Below, one piece after another: positions 31,701 through 40,990 of a DNA stretch of 64,000 nucleotides; the first letter of the stretch is position 1; each line of letters starts with the position of its first letter. The stretch comes from an uncultured Verrucomicrobiota bacterium (GTDB lineage: Bacteria > Verrucomicrobiota > Verrucomicrobiia > Limisphaerales > CAZZJO01), in assembly GCA_964654645.1 (NCBI GenBank), contig CAZZJO010000048.1:400-64399 (forward strand), given 5' to 3'. The translations under genes and the position numbers were made by a program. Under the pieces are notes generated by a model that saw only the letters and a list, made by a program, of their open reading frames with translations, had not been told where the DNA came from and made no database searches.

Positions 31701-31895
31701 CTAATTTATTGTTCACAATCTGGGCCAATCACCCTGCCAGTGGGGTCATCAAACAACACAACCTTCCGTGTTCGGCGGCTAAACATTACAACCGGCCAAA
31801 TAACAACCGATCATCCCGCCTTCCCGACAAACAACGTACTCATGCTAAACCCAGAATCTGTACCCGCTGTATATTGGATCATTAAGCCAAGGTAA
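28713..31895 (+). CDS. Large secreted protein: N-terminal right-handed beta-helix (pectate-lyase-fold) region + C-terminal glycosidase-like (TIM-barrel-like) region
   Basis: Signal peptide after M28713/M28728: MRVKPRSFPVLQRRSSSLIILATLSATLLATPLESQ. The N-terminal half has beta-helix-like repeats: ILLTPGRFLLKGRLTITNSGVVLRGSG, GVENFVIQS, HGVTFENAADCWVRRLCFTHLAGSAVAV. The C-terminal half is Trp/His-rich and glycosidase-like: LEHNHGLWYDRRRDDH..., HHHYFQHNILEAGAHWADFPWRSANN. The family call is tentative. Confidence 0.55.
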   Translation: MLVEYMRVKPRSFPVLQRRSSSLIILATLSATLLATPLESQTNSPYPTVEVALDGQLVYTLSARGDRIPDFSYCGYFGGNKQIPNTIPIKVVVTPVDGDNTPRLQQAINYVGSLPVDSNGFRGCILLTPGRFLLKGRLTITNSGVVLRGSGMKTNGTVLLFAGSDRGPAIRLYGARPAAIETNVNWRVTNDYVPVGTMTFCVLDTTGLHPGDRIFITRPSTSNWIRFLKMHELGGGLGGWNPGSRNVTWDRAIVAISNNQVWIDAPLTLAIEQQFGQATIKRYLWPGRLTNCGVENFVIQSSYDHTNPKDEDHIWHGVTFENAADCWVRRLCFTHLAGSAVAVYETASRITVQDCISEAPVSEDGGYRRNTYFTMGQQTLFLRCYAEYGRHDFAAGYCAAGPNAFVCCEATLSTRPSGGIESLACGILFDNVTVDGNGIFLANLGGTGGRFGWGAVNSVLWQCSASIVRCDQPPGAFNWAFGCWGEFDGDGYWRASNESVEPESLYIAQLSERLGKENAGQIILPPKPRGGESNPTLERAQQLTQESIHPSQSLKAFILELTSKEPLPLNPNGAPSIDHIGNTTTQSTSTKQHNLIITNGWLVIEDRLAIGTIISVAWWRGTVNPEIAPTHGVALTRFMPGRIGRGFTDDLNEVADYLEQEGAVGLEHNHGLWYDRRRDDHERVRRATSDVLPPFFEQPFARSGVGTAWDGLSKYDLTRYNPFYWARLAQFATICDQRGLILFHHHYFQHNILEAGAHWADFPWRSANNINNTGFPEPPYYAGGKRIFMAEQFYNTNHPTRHPLHVAYINQCLNALATNKNVIHFIAAEYTGPLHFVQFWIDVIKSWQNTTGIDPIVALSCTKDVQEAILEDPLRSKYIDVVDFRYWWRTEKGEFAPPGGKNLAPRQFERQWRGSRPTDIDLAQMAAEFKARYPEKALICAFNSAGWAWLCAGGSIPRLPKQTDESLLKFVPTCAPAKHVALPPRTFALKNTNDEWLIYCSQSGPITLPVGSSNNTTFRVRRLNITTGQITTDHPAFPTNNVLMLNPESVPAVYWIIKPR

Positions 31896-32101
31896 AGACA
31901 CATGCTCCACTTACAAAATAGGCACATTTTTAAAAAACCGCGCGGACATAACATGTTTTTTTAATTGAAAAACCATCCCCGCAAAATGGTTTAAACTTAG
32001 CACTTTTACGGCTTAAAACAGGCGGTTGACTAAAATCGCTTTGGCCTACGACGCCTTTATGTTGACCACCACGTTCCCTAAATGCAAACTCCTACGCTGA
32101 T

Positions 32102-34864
32102 ATGGTTCAAGCTATTAATAGCAAAATAACTTTACGCTTGCTGCCCTCCATACCCACCGCACTAATATCCATTTTTTACCTCGGGTTTTTTGGGAATTTC
32201 ACGAAAGGGGCTGAAAGGATCGAGTTTAATTGTGGGTGGAAATTCATGCGCGGCGAACCCACTAACTCACCTGCACTTGACTATGAGACAGTCCGTCCTT
32301 GGCTGCTTGCAATTGGGAACGAGCTTTTGCCATACAATAAACAAATCCTGAACCAGCCCTCAACTCCAATGCCAGGGATTGGCCACCCTTTTATAGATCC
32401 AGCGTTCGATGACACCACATGGCGCTCAGTTGATCTTCCTCATGATTGGGGAATCGAAGGCCCATTCCGGCAAGAATATCCTGCCGCTACAGGCAAATTA
32501 CCCTGGTGGGGAATTGGGTGGTACAGGAAACATTTTTACATCCCCAAAGAGGACGCTGGAAAGCTTATCTATCTGGAAATTGATGGGGCTATGTCACAAG
32601 CGTTAGTGTGGATAAACGGTCAGTTTGTGGGTGGCTGGCCATATGGTTATACATCATTTCGCGTTGATCTAACGCCGCACATCCAATTCGGTACAACTAA
32701 TGTCATCGCCATTCGATTAAACAACCCTCCAAATTCATCTCGGTGGTATCCAGGTGGTGGGATATACCGCAATGTTTGGCTAATAAAATGTAACCCGATC
32801 CACATAGCGCCTTGGGGCGTACACGTTTATCACACGCATTTATGCACTAACTACGCTGAGCTCAGAACTGAGGTGAAGGTAGTCAATCAGTCACCTCAAA
32901 AGGTGGAACTGCGCCTGGTAGCGGAAATCCAAGAACTAGGAACTCTTGGCCCACTAACTAAGCCTATCCCAAATACACAACCCAAAAAATTTTTATGGAT
33001 AAAGCAACTCGGAATCACCAACGACATACGTTGGCCTGTCTCCAATCCATTCGGCGTTCCCCTCCGTGTTATCCAAGCCGATTCAGTCAAACTCCAAGTA
33101 GATGCCAAAAGCTCGGTTAAAACGAATTTGAGTATTACCATTCACCAACCCCTTCTTTGGTCAGTGACACAACCAAACCTATATCGCCTTATTATAACAG
33201 TTGAGCATAACCACTGCATTGTGGATGTGTATAAAACATTATTTGGGTTACGGAATGCCCAATTTACCACCGACGGCTTCAAACTAAACGGCGAACCACT
33301 TAAGATAAAAGGCGTGTGTCTCCACCATGATCTAGGGGCCTTAGGCGCCGCGGTCAACATCCGTGCCATGGAAAGACAACTCGAGCTTCTAAAATCCATG
33401 GGCGCTAATGCAATTCGGACAAGCCATAACCCACCCACCCCAGAATTACTAGAGCTGTGCGATCGCTTGGGCATGCTTGTATTAGTGGAAGCATTTGACT
33501 GCTGGGCCAAAGGAAAAAACACTAATGATTACCACATCTTTTGGACAGACTGGTATGAGAAAGATTTGCGCGCAATGGTGAGGCGCGACCGAAACCATCC
33601 CTCTGTAATCCTCTGGAGTATAGGAAACGAAATCCTGGAACAACGGGATCCAGATGGCTGGAAACTAGCACTTCGCCTTGTTGACATCTGTCACCAGGAG
33701 GATCATACCCGTCGTGTTACAGCTGCCCTGCATACCGACGAAGCCCTCACTAATGGGTTCCAACATGCTCTGGATGTTTATGGGTTCAATTACTCACCTC
33801 ATAAATATGCAGAGTTCAGGAACGCAAACCCAGGTACCCCTATGCTGGCTACAGAAACCGCATCCTGTGTTAGCTCTCGCGGCGAATACTTTTTCCCGGT
33901 CTCAACTAATAAACGTGAGGGCAGAGCTAACTTCCATGTGAGTTCTTACGATCTCTACGCACCTCGCTGGGCTTACCCACCAGATGTAGAATTCGAAGCC
34001 CAGGAAAAAAACCCATTTGTGGCTGGTGAGTTTGTGTGGACTGGATTTGATTATTTAGGCGAGCCCACACCATACGATCGTGACACCACTAATCTCTTGC
34101 ACTTTACAGATCCACAAGTAATGGGATGGAAACTCGCAGAGCGGTCAGCCATCGGAAGAATCCTTGTTCCTTCACGAAGCTCGTATTTTGGCATTATGGA
34201 CACGTGTGGTTTTCCCAAAGACAGGTACTATCTGTACCGGTCCGTATGGCGGCCGGAAGTGCCTACTTTGCATATTTTGCCCCACTGGAACTGGCCTGAA
34301 CACATTGGTCAACCTATCCCCATACACGTTTACACTTCTGGTGACGAAGTTGAATTGATTCTCAACGGTCGTTCCCTGGGCAAGAAAAGGAAATCACCAT
34401 ACACATATCGATTGGTTTGGGAAAATGTTGCTTACGAACCGGGAGAAATTTTAGCAATCGCTTACAAACAGGGGAAACCCTGGGCTGTATCACGACGGCG
34501 CACAACTGGAACTCCAGTCAAAATAATAATGGAGGCCGATCGCGACGCGATTTGGGCAGATGAAAAAGACCTTTGTTTTGTGACAGTGGCCGTCGTAGAC
34601 TCCCGAGGCGATATAGTACCCCGGGCAAATCACCGCATAAGATTTTCAATTAAAGGTCCCGGTCAAATTATTGCAACCGATAACGGGGACCCCACAAGCC
34701 ATGTTTCCTTCCAATCGCGCGAGCGCGAACTCTTCAATGGACTTTGCCTTGTAATAGTGCGTGCGGAAAAAAACAAACCTGGCACGATAGAACTCCATGC
34801 GGAATCTGAAAACTTAACTCGAGCTAAGATTCGGATCCGATCAAGCCAACCTCTAACCAAATAA
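32102..34864 (+). CDS. Glycoside hydrolase family 2 (beta-galactosidase/beta-glucuronidase type)
   Basis: GH2 sugar-binding N-domain: WRSVDLPHDWGIEGPF...GGIYRNVWL. Catalytic TIM region: NAIRTSHNPPTPELLELCDRLGMLVLVEAF. Acid/base block: HPSVILWSIGNE. Further blocks are ETASCVSSRG and GEFVWTGFDYLGEP. 920 aa. Confidence 0.85.
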   Translation: MVQAINSKITLRLLPSIPTALISIFYLGFFGNFTKGAERIEFNCGWKFMRGEPTNSPALDYETVRPWLLAIGNELLPYNKQILNQPSTPMPGIGHPFIDPAFDDTTWRSVDLPHDWGIEGPFRQEYPAATGKLPWWGIGWYRKHFYIPKEDAGKLIYLEIDGAMSQALVWINGQFVGGWPYGYTSFRVDLTPHIQFGTTNVIAIRLNNPPNSSRWYPGGGIYRNVWLIKCNPIHIAPWGVHVYHTHLCTNYAELRTEVKVVNQSPQKVELRLVAEIQELGTLGPLTKPIPNTQPKKFLWIKQLGITNDIRWPVSNPFGVPLRVIQADSVKLQVDAKSSVKTNLSITIHQPLLWSVTQPNLYRLIITVEHNHCIVDVYKTLFGLRNAQFTTDGFKLNGEPLKIKGVCLHHDLGALGAAVNIRAMERQLELLKSMGANAIRTSHNPPTPELLELCDRLGMLVLVEAFDCWAKGKNTNDYHIFWTDWYEKDLRAMVRRDRNHPSVILWSIGNEILEQRDPDGWKLALRLVDICHQEDHTRRVTAALHTDEALTNGFQHALDVYGFNYSPHKYAEFRNANPGTPMLATETASCVSSRGEYFFPVSTNKREGRANFHVSSYDLYAPRWAYPPDVEFEAQEKNPFVAGEFVWTGFDYLGEPTPYDRDTTNLLHFTDPQVMGWKLAERSAIGRILVPSRSSYFGIMDTCGFPKDRYYLYRSVWRPEVPTLHILPHWNWPEHIGQPIPIHVYTSGDEVELILNGRSLGKKRKSPYTYRLVWENVAYEPGEILAIAYKQGKPWAVSRRRTTGTPVKIIMEADRDAIWADEKDLCFVTVAVVDSRGDIVPRANHRIRFSIKGPGQIIATDNGDPTSHVSFQSRERELFNGLCLVIVRAEKNKPGTIELHAESENLTRAKIRIRSSQPLTK

Positions 34865-34895
34865 AACCTATTTATCGATTCACACCAATCGCCAA

Positions 34896-35846
34896 TTATC
34901 CCCACAACGCGTCCGGGAAAGGGTAAAGCAACGCTTGACCTTTTAGGTACGGAATGCCACACCGCTCAACCAACACGCGCAAACCTAAAGTCAACTCTTT
35001 TATGGTAAGCTGCCCTTCCCTAAACCCATCCAGCCTACGCAAAAAGTCCGAGCGCTCAAAAGCAGAGATTTGATCAGATACATACCCAAACACGTGCATA
35101 AACGCATTTATCAACTTTGCCTTGCGGGGCAGCTGTTTCAATAACCGTCTCACCGTCAAAATGTACTGTCCCAAAATTTCCGATTCGGATCGTCTATCAT
35201 GGTTGGCCAACAGTTTACCAAGCATTAATAATCCCTCTTGGTCCAACCCCATAAAAAGGTATTTGTGTTGGGCGTGGAATAACTGCAAACGTTCCATGGA
35301 AGGCGTTGCGCTGACTTCGCGTAATTTAGCTAATGCAAATACTGCGCTGAAAAAGTGCCACCTAGATATCGGGTCACGAAGCTTGATCTCATCCACAAAG
35401 GGTAAATCTGGAAAGCGCGAAAGCACCATTTTTGCAAACATTCCTGGGCCCAATGCCACTACGTTGTTTGACAAAGGCCCGTCCATAATTTTGGTATCCC
35501 AAACACCACACGAGGGTGATCGGGCTTTTAAAATAAAACCATCCACTACCCCCAGCTTCTCCAAAAACCGATTTGCAAATTGAATCATTGCCTGGGTTAA
35601 ATCCCTTCCGGTTTTTGCCTGCACCAAGTAGCGTTGCCCACCTACTAAAATCACCCTTATCTCTGGTCGAGGCACCCCTAACTCCAATTCCAACTCAGGG
35701 CATACTTCCACTATCTCAATCCACGGTATGGCTTCAGTGAATGGCGGGCCCGGGATGGGTACCCCATTATACCTGCAGGGCTCGCCTTTCAAGCACCTAC
35801 TTACGACCAACCGAGGCCTAACCACTGTTTGCCCAGTAGGATCCAT
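34896..35846 (-). CDS. DUF523 (YbbK-like) + DUF1722 (YbgA-like) fusion protein
   Basis: N-terminus has the DUF523 pattern: RLVVSRCLKGEPCRYNG...SPSCGV. C-terminus has the DUF1722 pattern: LQLFHAQHKYLFMGLDQEGLLMLGKLLAN... Confidence 0.7.
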   Translation of the reverse strand: MDPTGQTVVRPRLVVSRCLKGEPCRYNGVPIPGPPFTEAIPWIEIVEVCPELELELGVPRPEIRVILVGGQRYLVQAKTGRDLTQAMIQFANRFLEKLGVVDGFILKARSPSCGVWDTKIMDGPLSNNVVALGPGMFAKMVLSRFPDLPFVDEIKLRDPISRWHFFSAVFALAKLREVSATPSMERLQLFHAQHKYLFMGLDQEGLLMLGKLLANHDRRSESEILGQYILTVRRLLKQLPRKAKLINAFMHVFGYVSDQISAFERSDFLRRLDGFREGQLTIKELTLGLRVLVERCGIPYLKGQALLYPFPDALWG

Positions 35847-35957
35847 TGCTAATCACTACTCATATTCTCTGCTTGCAAGTATCACCCTGGTCGCAATTCC
35901 TAAATCCCAAATGGCTTACAGCATCACAGACACCTCAAGAATCACCCCCCGATGGTG

Positions 35958-37190
35958 TTACCCAAAAAACCGTCGGATTTCCTGTAAAGTATTGGCTAGG
36001 TATTCTACCTCGGCAAACGTGTTGTAGAAATAAAAGCTTGCGCGGGATGTTCCCTCCACGCCTAACTTTCGCATCAAAGGCTGAGTGCAATGGTGTCCAC
36101 CTCGCAATGCTATCCCGGCATGGTCCGCCAACGCTACGACGTCATGTGGATGAATACCTTCCATTGTGAAGCTAACTATACCTGCCCGGCCATGTTTGGG
36201 CCCAAAAATCTTAATTCCTCTCACTGTTGATAGTTTTTCCAAGGCATATTCAGCAAGAGCACGATCGTGTGCTGCAATATTTTCTCTGCCGATCGTCTCC
36301 AGGTAGTCTAATGCAGCGTGTAATCCTACAGCGCCTGACACGTGAGGGGTCCCCGCCTCAAACCTATGGGGTGGTATTTTGTACTCCGTGTGATACAAGT
36401 CTACGGTTAAAATCATCTCCCCCCCTGCTTGGAACGGCGGCATTTTCTCGAGCAACTCCATTCGACCATATAACACGCCAATTCCGGTAGGCCCGCAAAG
36501 CTTATGCCCAGAAAACACGAAAAAGTCGCATCCGATCTCTTGCACATCCACCGGCATATGACCAGCACTCTGGGCTCCATCAACTAACGTCACGATTCCC
36601 TTTTTACGAGCTTTTTCACAAATTTCCGCGACGGGGTTTATAGTCCCCAGGGAATTCGACACGTGTACAACCCCCAAAAACCGCACATTAGCACCCAACA
36701 ATTCCCAAAGCTTTTGCATGTCCAGCTGACCTTCAGGCACAACCACTGGCACATATGCAAGTTTTGCTCCGGTGCGCTTCGCAACTATCTGCCAAGGCAC
36801 AATATTACTATGGTGCTCCATCTCGGTAAGGAGGATCACATCACCAGGTTTTAGATTCGCGAGTCCCCAAGCATACGCAACTAAGTTTATCGCCTCGGTA
36901 GCACCCCGTGTAAAAATTATCTCTTCGGGTTGGCGCGCATTTATAAACTGGGCTACTTTGACACGTGCTTTCTCGTATGCTTCTGTTGCCCTTGCGCTTA
37001 ATTCGTGTATGCCCCGATGTACATTTGCGTTACAAGTTTCATAAAACGTCCGCACCGCGTCGATCACCTTTCGGGGTTTCTGGGTAGTAGCTGCGTTGTC
37101 AAAATATACTAGCGGTTTTCCATGAACCCTTTGGGTAAGGATAGGAAAATCTTTTCGGATAAACTCAGGATCGAACACCGAAGAACTCAT
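35958..37190 (-). CDS. sufS: Cysteine desulfurase SufS (class II aminotransferase V)
   Basis: IYFDNAATTQKP-type start (VYFDNAATTQKPRKVIDAV). PLP lysine block: FFVFSGHKLCGPTGIGVLYG. Active-site Cys loop: RGGHHCTQPL. 410 aa. Confidence 0.93.
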   Translation of the reverse strand: MSSSVFDPEFIRKDFPILTQRVHGKPLVYFDNAATTQKPRKVIDAVRTFYETCNANVHRGIHELSARATEAYEKARVKVAQFINARQPEEIIFTRGATEAINLVAYAWGLANLKPGDVILLTEMEHHSNIVPWQIVAKRTGAKLAYVPVVVPEGQLDMQKLWELLGANVRFLGVVHVSNSLGTINPVAEICEKARKKGIVTLVDGAQSAGHMPVDVQEIGCDFFVFSGHKLCGPTGIGVLYGRMELLEKMPPFQAGGEMILTVDLYHTEYKIPPHRFEAGTPHVSGAVGLHAALDYLETIGRENIAAHDRALAEYALEKLSTVRGIKIFGPKHGRAGIVSFTMEGIHPHDVVALADHAGIALRGGHHCTQPLMRKLGVEGTSRASFYFYNTFAEVEYLANTLQEIRRFFG

Positions 37191-37201
37191 AATACGTCTC
37201 G

Positions 37202-37756
37202 TTATAGTAACCCCAATTGTAGTTTAGCTGCATCGGAAAGTCTGTCTTGTGACCATGGGGGATCCCACACCAAATCCACAGTAACGTCATGCACCTGGGG
37301 GACCTGTAAAACTTTTTCTCTTACATCATTTGCAATCCACGGTCCCATCCCACATCCAGGAGCCGTAAGCGTCATTTTAATATGGACGTTATAGGTATCG
37401 GGACACTCACCCGGAGTAAGTTTGCACTCGTAAACCAATCCCAGATCGACGATATTGATTGGAATCTCCGGATCGTAACAGTTTTTTAGCTGTTTCCAGA
37501 CTAGCTGTTCAACCTCCTCCTGCGTCAATTTGTGGTGTATTTGCGCACAAGGGTTTTCAGCCGGCGATAAACCAAGTGCATCAGCATCCTTGCAATCAAT
37601 CCAAAAAAGGTTACCGTCGACTGCCACAGTGCAGGTCCCTGCATGGGCCTGGACTATGGTCACTGTCTGACCTTTTTTAAGGGTGACCTTTTGCCCCACT
37701 GGTACCAGAGCAGCTTCTACGTCGCGAACCAAAGTGACTTGTTGCGGTTTGTTCAT
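37202..37756 (-). CDS. sufT: SufT-like Fe-S assembly protein (DUF59/MIP18 domain with N-terminal extension)
   Basis: C-terminal DUF59 pattern: LKNCYDPEIPINIVDLGLVYEC...VHIKMTLTAPGCGMGPWIANDVREKV. Located between sufU and sufS. Start placed at ATG 37756; ATG 37786 would overlap sufU by 11 nt. Confidence 0.7.
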   Translation of the reverse strand: MNKPQQVTLVRDVEAALVPVGQKVTLKKGQTVTIVQAHAGTCTVAVDGNLFWIDCKDADALGLSPAENPCAQIHHKLTQEEVEQLVWKQLKNCYDPEIPINIVDLGLVYECKLTPGECPDTYNVHIKMTLTAPGCGMGPWIANDVREKVLQVPQVHDVTVDLVWDPPWSQDRLSDAAKLQLGLL

Positions 37757-37775
37757 AGCTGCCCAAATAAAATAT

Positions 37776-38231
37776 TTATCTCTCATCCAGCTCAGTGGTA
37801 ACCTGGGTTGTCTGCCCCTTTATTGCTGCCGCTAATGCATGCCAAGCTAGCATTGCACATTTTACCCGGGTAGGATACTTCGATACACCCGCCAAAACCA
37901 CCAACTTGCCCAAGGAAGGATCCGGCTTTCCTGTAGTTATCATGCGATGAACCGCGTCGAATATGCGCAAAGCCTCTTCTGTGGTTTTCCCAACCACTGT
38001 CTCCGTTAAGAGCGAAGCCGACGCCTTGCTTATGCAGCAACCTGATCCGACGAAGCTTACCTCGCGGATGATGCCTTCATCTACTCGCAAAAAAAGTTTT
38101 AATTGATCCCCACAAAGCGGATTATGCCCATGGGCACTGCAAGTGGCGTCCTTCATTTCCATGAAATGGCGTGGATTCTTGCAGTGATCCAAGATCGTTT
38201 CCTGATATAACTCTTGTACCTCGTCGAACAT
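37776..38231 (-). CDS. sufU: SufU / NifU-type sulfur-transfer/scaffold protein
   Basis: LYQETILDHCKNPRHF..., NPLCGDQLKLFL, VSFVGSGCCISKASASLLTE, PTRVKCAMLAWHAL. These carry the three conserved Cys typical of SufU/IscU-like proteins. Confidence 0.85.
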   Translation of the reverse strand: MFDEVQELYQETILDHCKNPRHFMEMKDATCSAHGHNPLCGDQLKLFLRVDEGIIREVSFVGSGCCISKASASLLTETVVGKTTEEALRIFDAVHRMITTGKPDPSLGKLVVLAGVSKYPTRVKCAMLAWHALAAAIKGQTTQVTTELDER

Positions 38232-38233
38232 AA

Positions 38234-39505
38234 TTATGCCTCGCCACTTACCATCATTTGACCTTCCAATATATCCGTTATCCTGCGATCTAACAAGGCA
38301 CGGAGCCCCTCCCGCACTGGCTCGTAGGCAATAATTTCTAGCTGCTTGGCAATAAACCCCTGAACAAAAAGCCGTCGCGCCATAGCCTCCGAAATACCAC
38401 GAGTCCGCATATAAAATAGCGCAAGTTGGTCAACGTAACCCGTAGCTGATCCATGCGAGCACTTAACATCGTCAGAATGTATTTCCAGCCGCGGCTCGGT
38501 TTTTATTCGTGCCGACCGCGTTAGTAATAAGTTCCTGTTTGCTAAATAGGCGTTGACCTTCTTCGTCCCTGGGGCGACAAAAACGTGCCCATAAAACTCT
38601 ACACTGGCTGCGCCACCCACCACTGAAGTAAGCATCGCCCTGCTCGTGGTATTGTCCCCCAAATGTTGGACCTGTATCCTATTGGACGAACTCCCTGAAC
38701 TGCCAACCAACGTTGCCCATCCTAAGTTCACCTGGGATCCCATTCCCACAGACCGGATAACAACTAAGGAGCGTGAGGCTTTCGGCTCCACCTCAATATT
38801 TAACATTGTAAATTTTCCTCCATCTTCCAGATCGACCACTATTGCGTGAAAATCGAAGTCCCGACGACAATCCCTTACCAGCACAAATGTCAGTTCGGCG
38901 CCTTTACCCACGACCAACTGAGTCTGCGAAACAGACGGACCTGCGAATTTTACGGGGAAATGTTCAACAACTAAACCAGAAGAACATTCCTGCGTCACTA
39001 TAACCGATCGCCCAAAATCCCAACCACCCTCAACTCTGGGTTTTTCGTTGTGAAAGAGGTAAACAGGGAGTTTTGTCCCCACCTTATCCTGTATCAAAAC
39101 GAATGCGCCTTTTTCAAAAAACGCCGAGTTCAAAGCCAAAATCGGCTCAGACACATCCAACGGCTCACCAGCTAACATCCAGCGCAGGTAACCCTCAAAT
39201 CTATCAGCAGCTTGGATTATCGGCATCACTACCACAGATGACCCAGAATCGCGCGCATCGTGAATAGAACCTATTGACCCTTCAAAGGTCAAAAAACTCT
39301 CTCCAAACAACGGTTCCTGGACACACCCCTTAGATAGAGGTGAAGTGTTGCTTTGCGATCCACCAGCTTGAGTGTTAGGCACTAATTCGGCTAATGCCAA
39401 ATACTTATGGAAGGCAGACCTCCGTGCAAGTGTCAACCACCGTGGCTCCTTTCTAGCATGATCTTCTAACTGAAATGGTAGCTTATCGAATTTTTGATGC
39501 ACCAT
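38234..39505 (-). CDS. sufD: Fe-S cluster assembly protein SufD
   Basis: C-terminal SufD block: NAYLANRNLLLTRSARIKTEPRLEIHSDDVKCSHGSATGYVDQLALFYMRTRGISEAMARRLFVQGF. Start placed at ATG 39505; the track start, GTG 39532, would overlap the upstream stop by 1 nt. Confidence 0.88.
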   Translation of the reverse strand: MVHQKFDKLPFQLEDHARKEPRWLTLARRSAFHKYLALAELVPNTQAGGSQSNTSPLSKGCVQEPLFGESFLTFEGSIGSIHDARDSGSSVVVMPIIQAADRFEGYLRWMLAGEPLDVSEPILALNSAFFEKGAFVLIQDKVGTKLPVYLFHNEKPRVEGGWDFGRSVIVTQECSSGLVVEHFPVKFAGPSVSQTQLVVGKGAELTFVLVRDCRRDFDFHAIVVDLEDGGKFTMLNIEVEPKASRSLVVIRSVGMGSQVNLGWATLVGSSGSSSNRIQVQHLGDNTTSRAMLTSVVGGAASVEFYGHVFVAPGTKKVNAYLANRNLLLTRSARIKTEPRLEIHSDDVKCSHGSATGYVDQLALFYMRTRGISEAMARRLFVQGFIAKQLEIIAYEPVREGLRALLDRRITDILEGQMMVSGEA

Positions 39506-39531
39506 AGCTCTAAATGAATGAAATCCCCACA

Positions 39532-40545
39532 CTACTGAACAGGCACCACCGCATTGGGTGAAGCAACGCGCTGTTTTAGTTTTTCAATTAAGTACGTGTC
39601 TTCAGGAGCGTGGGCATAGGCAGTATACCACAGATCGGAAAGGAACTGAGCACCTGCCCGAACCTGTGCTTCCAAAAAGGTTTTACCCTCAGTTCCATGC
39701 GGCGGTTGTCCTGTTAATTTCCCAGCTTTCTCAAGCTGGTATAATGGTTCAACTTGTTTGTGTTGAACCAAAATGAATTGCAACACTACTCGAAAAAGTG
39801 ACTCACCATCTGGTGCATTGGTCAGCACGCGTGCTGGTCTGAGGCCAACCACTACACTTGTGTATTGAATTCCGCCCACACTCGCAAAGTACTCTCCATC
39901 AATCCACCGATGGAAATTTTTATTAGTGGTATAACCATTTGTATTTGGGCCCACCCATCCATTGTAATGGATCGTAGTATGGAGCGGTTGTGTGGCATCA
40001 CCCACTAAATGTCCCAAAACACCCATCACATATATGACGTTTTGCCTAGCATTTTCCACCTCTTCCCGGGTGCCAAATTGCTCATACGCTTTTAGGTATG
40101 AAAAACACGACTTCAACCTACACGCCTGCTCAGTTATTGCCCAGGGAAGAAACCCTGGAAAACCCTTCGTAAAATCTGGATCGCGATCAAACTGCACATT
40201 TATTGGCTGACGCACCACCAGCTCGCGCAAGAAAATATACCGAAATGCAGGCAAATTATCCGGTTTAAAACCTAAAGCCCACAAATCCTCCAAGTCGATA
40301 TAGTGCTCCGGAGCATTTACATGGCGGAGGGGCCGATCCTTCGAATTGTACCATCGATCTGGTTCACCCCCCAAAAAAGCAATCCGTTCCCTAGCTGATT
40401 TTTGAAACACAAAGCAAGGAAAATCATCCGGCAACACATCTAAGGCAGCCAAATTAATAACACGATGGGCTTCGTAATCCCAAGCAATGACATGTACCGC
40501 TGTCGCTAACAACACAGCCAAACGCCAATGGAGTTTTGTGCTCAT
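39532..40545 (-). CDS. Secreted S1/P1-type zinc nuclease family protein
   Basis: Signal peptide ends ...VHVIA, followed by WDYEAH (compare P1 nuclease mature N-terminus WGALGH). Other zinc-ligand blocks are conserved: EPDRW, EHYIDLED (LHFIDAED), LGHLVGDATQPLH (LVHFIGDMTQPLH), FHRWID (LHSDWD). Confidence 0.75.
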   Translation of the reverse strand: MSTKLHWRLAVLLATAVHVIAWDYEAHRVINLAALDVLPDDFPCFVFQKSARERIAFLGGEPDRWYNSKDRPLRHVNAPEHYIDLEDLWALGFKPDNLPAFRYIFLRELVVRQPINVQFDRDPDFTKGFPGFLPWAITEQACRLKSCFSYLKAYEQFGTREEVENARQNVIYVMGVLGHLVGDATQPLHTTIHYNGWVGPNTNGYTTNKNFHRWIDGEYFASVGGIQYTSVVVGLRPARVLTNAPDGESLFRVVLQFILVQHKQVEPLYQLEKAGKLTGQPPHGTEGKTFLEAQVRAGAQFLSDLWYTAYAHAPEDTYLIEKLKQRVASPNAVVPVQ

Positions 40546-40738
40546 CTTTGCGCCAATCTACAACTACCCTAGGAGATTTGCAAACCTATGGCCCCCTGTA
40601 CGAAAATTGCTTATAATTCATTTACCCCCTCAAGATAGGCAACAATAGATGCCTTATTATAAACCGTGCCCCCCTAAGAACCTCTTTTAACGGGTTGATT
40701 TTCGGTCCAGAAACTGCAATTTATGATGTGAACTAATT

Positions 40739-40990
40739 ATGGCGGCGCAATACAACAGCGCACCAAAAAACCCTGGGAAGGAAGAACCCGTAAGAGTGGT
40801 TGGGACCGTCACACAGGTGTTACCTGGAACAATGTTTAGGGTGGCCCTGCCAAACGGTCATGAGGTTTTAGCCCACATTTCAGGTAAAATGCGCAAAAAC
40901 TTCATCAAGATTAACGTGGGCGACAAGGTTAGTATGGAAATGTCGCCGTACGACCTTACTAAAGCTCGTATAATTTACCGGATTGGGTAA
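40739..40990 (+). CDS. infA: Translation initiation factor IF-1
   Basis: S1-like OB fold: [62 protein letters not shown]. There is a short N-terminal extension relative to the 72-aa norm. Confidence 0.93.
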   Translation: MAAQYNSAPKNPGKEEPVRVVGTVTQVLPGTMFRVALPNGHEVLAHISGKMRKNFIKINVGDKVSMEMSPYDLTKARIIYRIG

